In this document: piece after piece, positions 59,651-64,000 of the stretch
How the letters are laid out: each line of letters opens with the position of its first letter
How positions within the stretch are numbered: position 1 is the stretch's first letter
Origin: Candidatus Poribacteria bacterium
Lineage (GTDB): Bacteria > Poribacteria > WGA-4E > PCPOR2b
DNA length: 64,000 nt
Assembly: GCA_965208325.1 (NCBI GenBank)
Contig: OZ242326.1
Span: 1,632,001 to 1,696,000, forward strand
Direction of reading: 5' to 3'
The notes under the pieces: generated by a model
Told to the model about the DNA's origin: nothing
Database searches by the model: none
Seen by the model: only the letters and a program-made list of their open reading frames with translations
Made by a program: the position numbers and the translations under genes

Positions 59651-60514
59651 CTATGTTTCCTCCTGTCCTTGCAGCGCCCGAAAATAGATTACCGTCGCGG
59701 CAAGAACAATTCCCATCAGCAGGAAAGAGAGTGCGGAACCGAAAGGCCAATCGCGGGCTGTTTTGAACTGGCGTTCAATGACATTGCCGATGTAATCGAC
59801 CTTGCCGCCGCCGAGCAGATCGGGCGTAATAAACGCACCGACCGTTGGAATAAATACCAACACCGAACCGGCAGCAATCCCAGGTATACTTAACGGCAAC
59901 GTTACATTGACAAACGCCTTCCAGCGGTTTGCACCGAGGTCTTTCGCCGCATCAATCAACGTGCGGTCAAACTTCTCTAATGAGGCATACAGCGGCAATA
60001 TCATGAACGGCAAATATCCATAAATCAGCCCAATCAGCACTGCGATAGGAGTATTGAGCAACTCTACCGTCGGAGCATTCGGAAAGACTGACCCCAAAAT
60101 TGCATTCAACACGCCTTCCGTGCGCAAAATCAATATCCAAGCGTAGGTGCGAATGAGAAAGTTTGTCCAGAAGGGCACAACAACGAGCAACAAAAGAAGA
60201 TTGCGTCCTCGAGGCCGATAGCGTGCCAGATAGTAGGCAAACGGATAGCCGATGAGCAGGCAAGCCCCCGTCGATATGATGCCCGTTAGGATTGAACGCC
60301 AGAGAATACCGAGGTACAGCGGATCAAGCGACTGCCCGTAATTTTTTAGGGTGAAGTGCCACTGGATGCCGCCATAGGTGCCGCGCTCTGCAAAACTATA
60401 GACGAATATTGCAGCGATGGGGATTAGAAAGAAGACAATGAGCCAAAATAGGGCGGGGAAAAGGAGAACTAGCCATTGATGTTTTCGAAAGGGTTGGGTG
60501 AGTTTAGAAAGCAT
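59651..60514 (-). CDS. potB: ABC transporter permease, PotB (spermidine/putrescine) family
   Basis: PFWTNFLIRTYAW, Y.YLPFMILPLY..LEK.D..L.DAA.DLGA (EAA loop), DWPFGSA. Confidence 0.9.
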   Translation of the reverse strand: MLSKLTQPFRKHQWLVLLFPALFWLIVFFLIPIAAIFVYSFAERGTYGGIQWHFTLKNYGQSLDPLYLGILWRSILTGIISTGACLLIGYPFAYYLARYRPRGRNLLLLLVVVPFWTNFLIRTYAWILILRTEGVLNAILGSVFPNAPTVELLNTPIAVLIGLIYGYLPFMILPLYASLEKFDRTLIDAAKDLGANRWKAFVNVTLPLSIPGIAAGSVLVFIPTVGAFITPDLLGGGKVDYIGNVIERQFKTARDWPFGSALSFLLMGIVLAATVIYFRALQGQEET

Positions 60515-60847
60515 CCCTTGCAGGCCGCGTTACATTTGGGATGGTTTATCTTCCCATATTTTATAGATTCTTGCGCCGGGACTACGATGGCCGCCTCCGG
60601 CAGCGTCGCCGTGCTTGGATCGACATTTTTCGGGTATTCTGTGCCGTGTGCGGCAACCAACTCATCAACGTTGCGTCATCAACACGCTCAAATTCTTCCC
60701 GGGGCGATACAGAACCACAACTCGACAACAGCCGCAAATAAGAAGGACAACCGCCGGCGGTTGAATTGGTAACTGTCTAGGCGGTAGTTGCAATCCGGAC
60801 GTGGAAGTATGACACTTATACTTTCAGCAGGATTGCGGCCTTTCATG

Positions 60848-62044
60848 TTAATCCGCAGCAGTTGCTAATTCCGGGGCGGCCGCATCCGTCTCGCAGAAGG
60901 CAACGTAATCCGAAATGAGCTCGGTAATTTCCGGATTCTCGCTGCAAATCGGGCAGTTCTTGTCCCGATTGACCTTCAATTCCCGGAATTGCATGCTGAG
61001 CGCATCATAAAGCAGTAAACGGCCGATGAGTGGGTCGCCTGTTCCGAGCAGCAGTTTAATAGCTTCGGTCGCCATCACGACGCCAACGACGCCTGGGAGC
61101 ACGCCCAGGACACCTGCTTCACTTCAGCTTGGAACCATGCCGGGCGGCGGTGGTGCCGGAAACATGCAGCGATAGCAAGGCCCATCATGCGGCTTCAGGA
61201 CGGTCGCCTGTCCTTCAAATTGGAAGATACTCCCGTGTACAACGGTTTTATCCGCCAAAACCGCCGCATCATTAACAAGATAGCGTGTTGCAAAATTGTC
61301 GCACCCGTCGACAATCAAATCATAGTCTTGAATAATCTCCATGACGTTGTCTGATTCGAGGCGGACGTGGTACGGAACCACTTCAGTGTCAGGGTTCAAG
61401 GCTTTGATTGTTGTCGTGGCGGATTGTACTTTTGGAGTGCCAACCGCTTCTGATCGGTGGAGAATCTGGCGTTGGAGGTTACTCAGTTCTACCGCATCGG
61501 AATCGACGATGCCAAGTGTGCCAACACCGGCAGCCGCGAGGTAAATTCCAGCCGGCGATCCCAATCCGCCTGCGCCTATAAATACGACTTTTGAATCAAA
61601 CAGCTTAGCTTGCCCTTTCTCCCCGATTTCGCGCAGCATAAAGTGGCGGCTGTAGCGGTCTAACTGGTCTGAGGTCATGGATTTTTCTTTGACCGTCGGA
61701 TATCCGCTGCTCGTCCAAGCCCGATATCCGCCAGCCATGGAGACGGCGTCCGTGTACCCCATGTCTTTGAGGGATTTTGCGGCAAGTAATGACCTAACTC
61801 CGCCTGCGCAATAGACGACAATCTTTTCGTCCCGATCGGGTACATAGTCCTCAATATCAAGCTCAAGCATCCCACGGCTCACATACAGCGCATCGGGGAT
61901 ATAGCCCGATCGATACTCGTCGTTATCGCGGACATCAAGCAAGACAAAGGAATCGCGATTATCTGTCTTCGCCTTGACCTCATCAACGCTGACTTCTGGA
62001 ATTTCCTGCCTTGTTTCTTCGATGATTTCCCTGTACGATTTCAT
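60848..62044 (-). CDS. moeB: Rhodanese + MoeB/ThiF adenylyltransferase, probable selenoprotein (in-frame TGA at 61124-61126)
   Basis: N-terminal rhodanese (YCAGGVRS), RYSRH, GAGGLG, SNLQRQ, DNF.TRY, PCYRC, then MVPS-TGA-SEAGVLGVLPG continuing in frame to RD..CPIC. Confidence 0.9.
61088..61123 (-). promoter_or_regulatory. Candidate bacterial SECIS hairpin
   Basis: mRNA after UGA: AGUGAAGCA-GGUG(U)-CCUGGG-CGUGCU-CCCAGG-CGUC; perfect 6-bp stem, G second in the loop, possible bulged U. Confidence 0.75.
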
Positions 62045-62198
62045 ATTCGCTACCTAAAGAGACTCCGTGAATTGGATGCGTTACACGCATTTCATATGAG
62101 GCTGCGGGGATTGCTAGTTATGACTGTTAAAAACTCCGTTACATCGTCTAACCGAATCTAAACACGCCGCGCGAATTGTCGGCAAGCTAAGGAAATTT

Positions 62199-62227
62199 AT
62201 TATAATACATGCCGCCTTGTGAGTCAA
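62199..62227 (-). promoter_or_regulatory. Putative sigma-70 promoter of moeB
   Basis: Minus strand TTGACT-17 nt-TATAAT. Confidence 0.7.
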
Positions 62228-62277
62228 ATTTTTTCTACGTATATTCGACCTGATTTAGCGCAACCCCTACTTTGACA

Positions 62278-63543
62278 CTACTGTGGTTCTGCGCCCTTCA
62301 AATCCAGGCATACCAGCTCCTCATTATTCCGCAGGTACAGTTTGCCGCCAGACACGCTCGGTGCTGTCCAGCATCGTCCATCGAAGATTTGTGTTTGGGC
62401 AACTTCAATATATTCGGTATGGGACGCTTTCACCAATGCGAGGTTTCCACTTTCGCCTAGGACAATAAGATGGCCGTCGGCATAAATAAGCGAGCCTTTG
62501 CGGAAACCGCGTTTCCTCCACTGTTCTTCGCCGGTATTCGCCTCAATACACTTTAACGTCCCGTCGTCGAAGCCGTACAGATAGCCTTCGTGGAGAATTG
62601 ATGACGCAAAGTGATTTTTCATTACGCGGCTGCGCCACATCTCGGAAACTGAAAACTTGCCGTCATTTTCCTCGATTTGGACCAAGGCAGCGCCCGTGTC
62701 GTACCCGGATGATATGAACACTTTGTCGGGCGGGATAAAAACGGGCGTCGCGGCGTTGACATCGTAAGAGGTTCGCCACGCATATCTCCAATACACTTCT
62801 CCATCCCGCGGTGATACGGAGACAAGCCCCTCAGCAGTAAAGAATATAGCCTGCCGCACGTTGTGGATGGTGACTGTGATTGGCGAGGAATAGGCCGGCG
62901 GGTCATCTTGGGTGTTCCATACGATGTCGCCGTTTTCCTTGTTGAATGCAATAATCGCTCTATTCCCTTTGCCGCCAGCCTCCATGAGCAATAGATTACC
63001 CTCTACGACGGGAGATGCGGAAAACCCGTGCTGGGGTATGGGGCTTTCAAACGCCTTCGTAAAATCGTAATCCCACAGTTCATTTCCTGTAAGTGCGTTT
63101 ATTGCGACCAACCTGCCGTAAGCGCTAAAGACGTAGACCATATCGCCGTCAACAGTCGGCGTGGAGCGGGGGCCGTCACCGCCCTGACGGTTTTTGAAGC
63201 GGTAGTCGTCGAGATACCGCCATTTTTCCTCACCCGTCTTCGCATCGAAACACACGACGACTTCGTCCTCACCCTCGGCGTACATCGTATAGGCGCGTCC
63301 GCCGGAAATTGAGACGCTAGAATATCCGTCTCCAAGCGATGTTCGCCAGACCTCTTTTGGGCCTCCCTCCGGCCAATTCGTGAGGAGACCCGTTTCATGG
63401 GAAACGCCGTCTCGGTTCGGCCCGCGCCATTGATGCCATTCCATCTCCGACGATTGGCTGGATTCGCCATATGTTGTCGCGATGCACACCCACAGGCACG
63501 AAACTAGTATGAAAAAACCGATGTGTAGATATTTGAATTTCAT
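62278..63543 (-). CDS. Secreted PQQ-like (BamB-like) beta-propeller repeat protein
   Basis: W.QWRGP.RDG, GYSS, GPRSTP.V, HGFSASP, AYSSP, W..P....G.LYLRN. Confidence 0.92.
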   Translation of the reverse strand: MKFKYLHIGFFILVSCLWVCIATTYGESSQSSEMEWHQWRGPNRDGVSHETGLLTNWPEGGPKEVWRTSLGDGYSSVSISGGRAYTMYAEGEDEVVVCFDAKTGEEKWRYLDDYRFKNRQGGDGPRSTPTVDGDMVYVFSAYGRLVAINALTGNELWDYDFTKAFESPIPQHGFSASPVVEGNLLLMEAGGKGNRAIIAFNKENGDIVWNTQDDPPAYSSPITVTIHNVRQAIFFTAEGLVSVSPRDGEVYWRYAWRTSYDVNAATPVFIPPDKVFISSGYDTGAALVQIEENDGKFSVSEMWRSRVMKNHFASSILHEGYLYGFDDGTLKCIEANTGEEQWRKRGFRKGSLIYADGHLIVLGESGNLALVKASHTEYIEVAQTQIFDGRCWTAPSVSGGKLYLRNNEELVCLDLKGAEPQ

Positions 63544-63693
63544 CGTCCTCTTTCCCTTTTTTGGAGGTTAATACAACGCTAGATAAGAATTGAAGATCTT
63601 TGATACATAGACCTTTTGAACCCAAATTATCGGGACATGGATGTCCCTCCCACATTGTCCGGTTTGTCTCAATTATAGCCTCAACTCTTGTCC

Positions 63694-63739
63694 ATCAAGG
63701 AGGGGTGTCAACCCCCCTAGCCCCCCTTATCAGGCGGGA
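63694..63739. repeat. Extragenic G/C-run palindromic repeat remnant
   Basis: CCCCCCTAGCCCCCCTTATCAGGCGGG shares the CCCCCTTATCA core with the hairpin at 10053-10073. Confidence 0.5.
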
Positions 63740-63767
63740 TCTATCTCACTGCCCATGTTTTTATCGG

Positions 63768-64000
63768 TTAATGATTCGGCTTGCCCGGCGTCATGGATAA
63801 CGGTTTAAAGTCGCCAATTCCATCGGGAAACCTGCCGAGCGCAACATCCTTGTCCTGTGCGACGTATTCTACCGAAGATAGTATTTGATTTCGCCGGGCA
63901 TCGGTATCAATAAGCATAACGATTTCCCCACGCCGTGAAAGCTTGAAATTCGCGTGAAACCCTGGACGGTCCTTGATGTCTTCATCAGCCCAAACAATCA
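63768..64000 (-). CDS. 3' end of a lamin-tail-domain protein (truncated by the window edge; not in the ORF track)
   Basis: Manual translation IVWADEDIKDRPGFHANFKLSRRGEIVMLID...DVALGRFPDGIGDF...TPGKPNH*, matching the lamin-tail pattern H.NFKLS..GE...S.GR.PDG...TPG..N. Confidence 0.8.
   Translation of the reverse strand, partial: IVWADEDIKDRPGFHANFKLSRRGEIVMLIDTDARRNQILSSVEYVAQDKDVALGRFPDGIGDFKPLSMTPGKPNH

Noticed and set aside
60515..60847. Small ORFs (60476..60772, 60541..60741, 60469..60660) between moeB and potB
   Set aside because: No recognisable motif or RBS, and the frames conflict; cannot be supported.
60848..62044. moeB as a nonsense pseudogene or two separate genes
   Set aside because: The stop is TGA exactly at the conserved Cys, the frame continues with intact motifs, and a SECIS-like hairpin follows.
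62045..62192. Possible Moco or other riboswitch in the ~150-nt moeB leader
   Set aside because: Only a short ATGCG/CGCAT hairpin is visible; no recognisable consensus.

Overview
Bacterial genomic window, probably from Candidatus Poribacteria or a relative. This is inferred from secreted LamG and WD40 proteins carrying the (A/G)VxPxx(K/R)xxxx(W/L)GxIK tail motif and the LLQNYPNPFNPETWIPYQL Ig-like tail. Most of it is housekeeping and cell-surface genes: lipid kinase, Fe-alcohol dehydrogenase, sigma-54 two-component system, glpK, two aldo/keto reductases, heptose/LPS genes, coaD, a DUF58-batABCDE cluster and several repeat/beta-propeller proteins. Two things stand out. (1) A ~17 kb co-oriented defence island (13871-31148) with the layout of an Ssp-type DNA phosphorothioation system: sspB-sspC-sspD, then sspF/G/H-like genes, then the sspA desulfurase. 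An extra gene encoding a MORC/GHKL ATPase fused to a HEPN-like C-terminal domain sits between the modification and restriction modules. (2) A rhodanese-MoeB/ThiF gene (60848-62044) that the ORF track splits in two, but which reads through an in-frame TGA at the conserved Cys position followed by a SECIS-like hairpin, so it is a probable selenoprotein. Smaller observations: a catalytically degenerate tyrosine recombinase domain, a sigma-54 promoter with an upstream palindrome, GTAG-type REP-like repeats and a structured glpK leader. No rRNA, tRNA or CRISPR array was recognised. All calls come from motif reading, not database searches.
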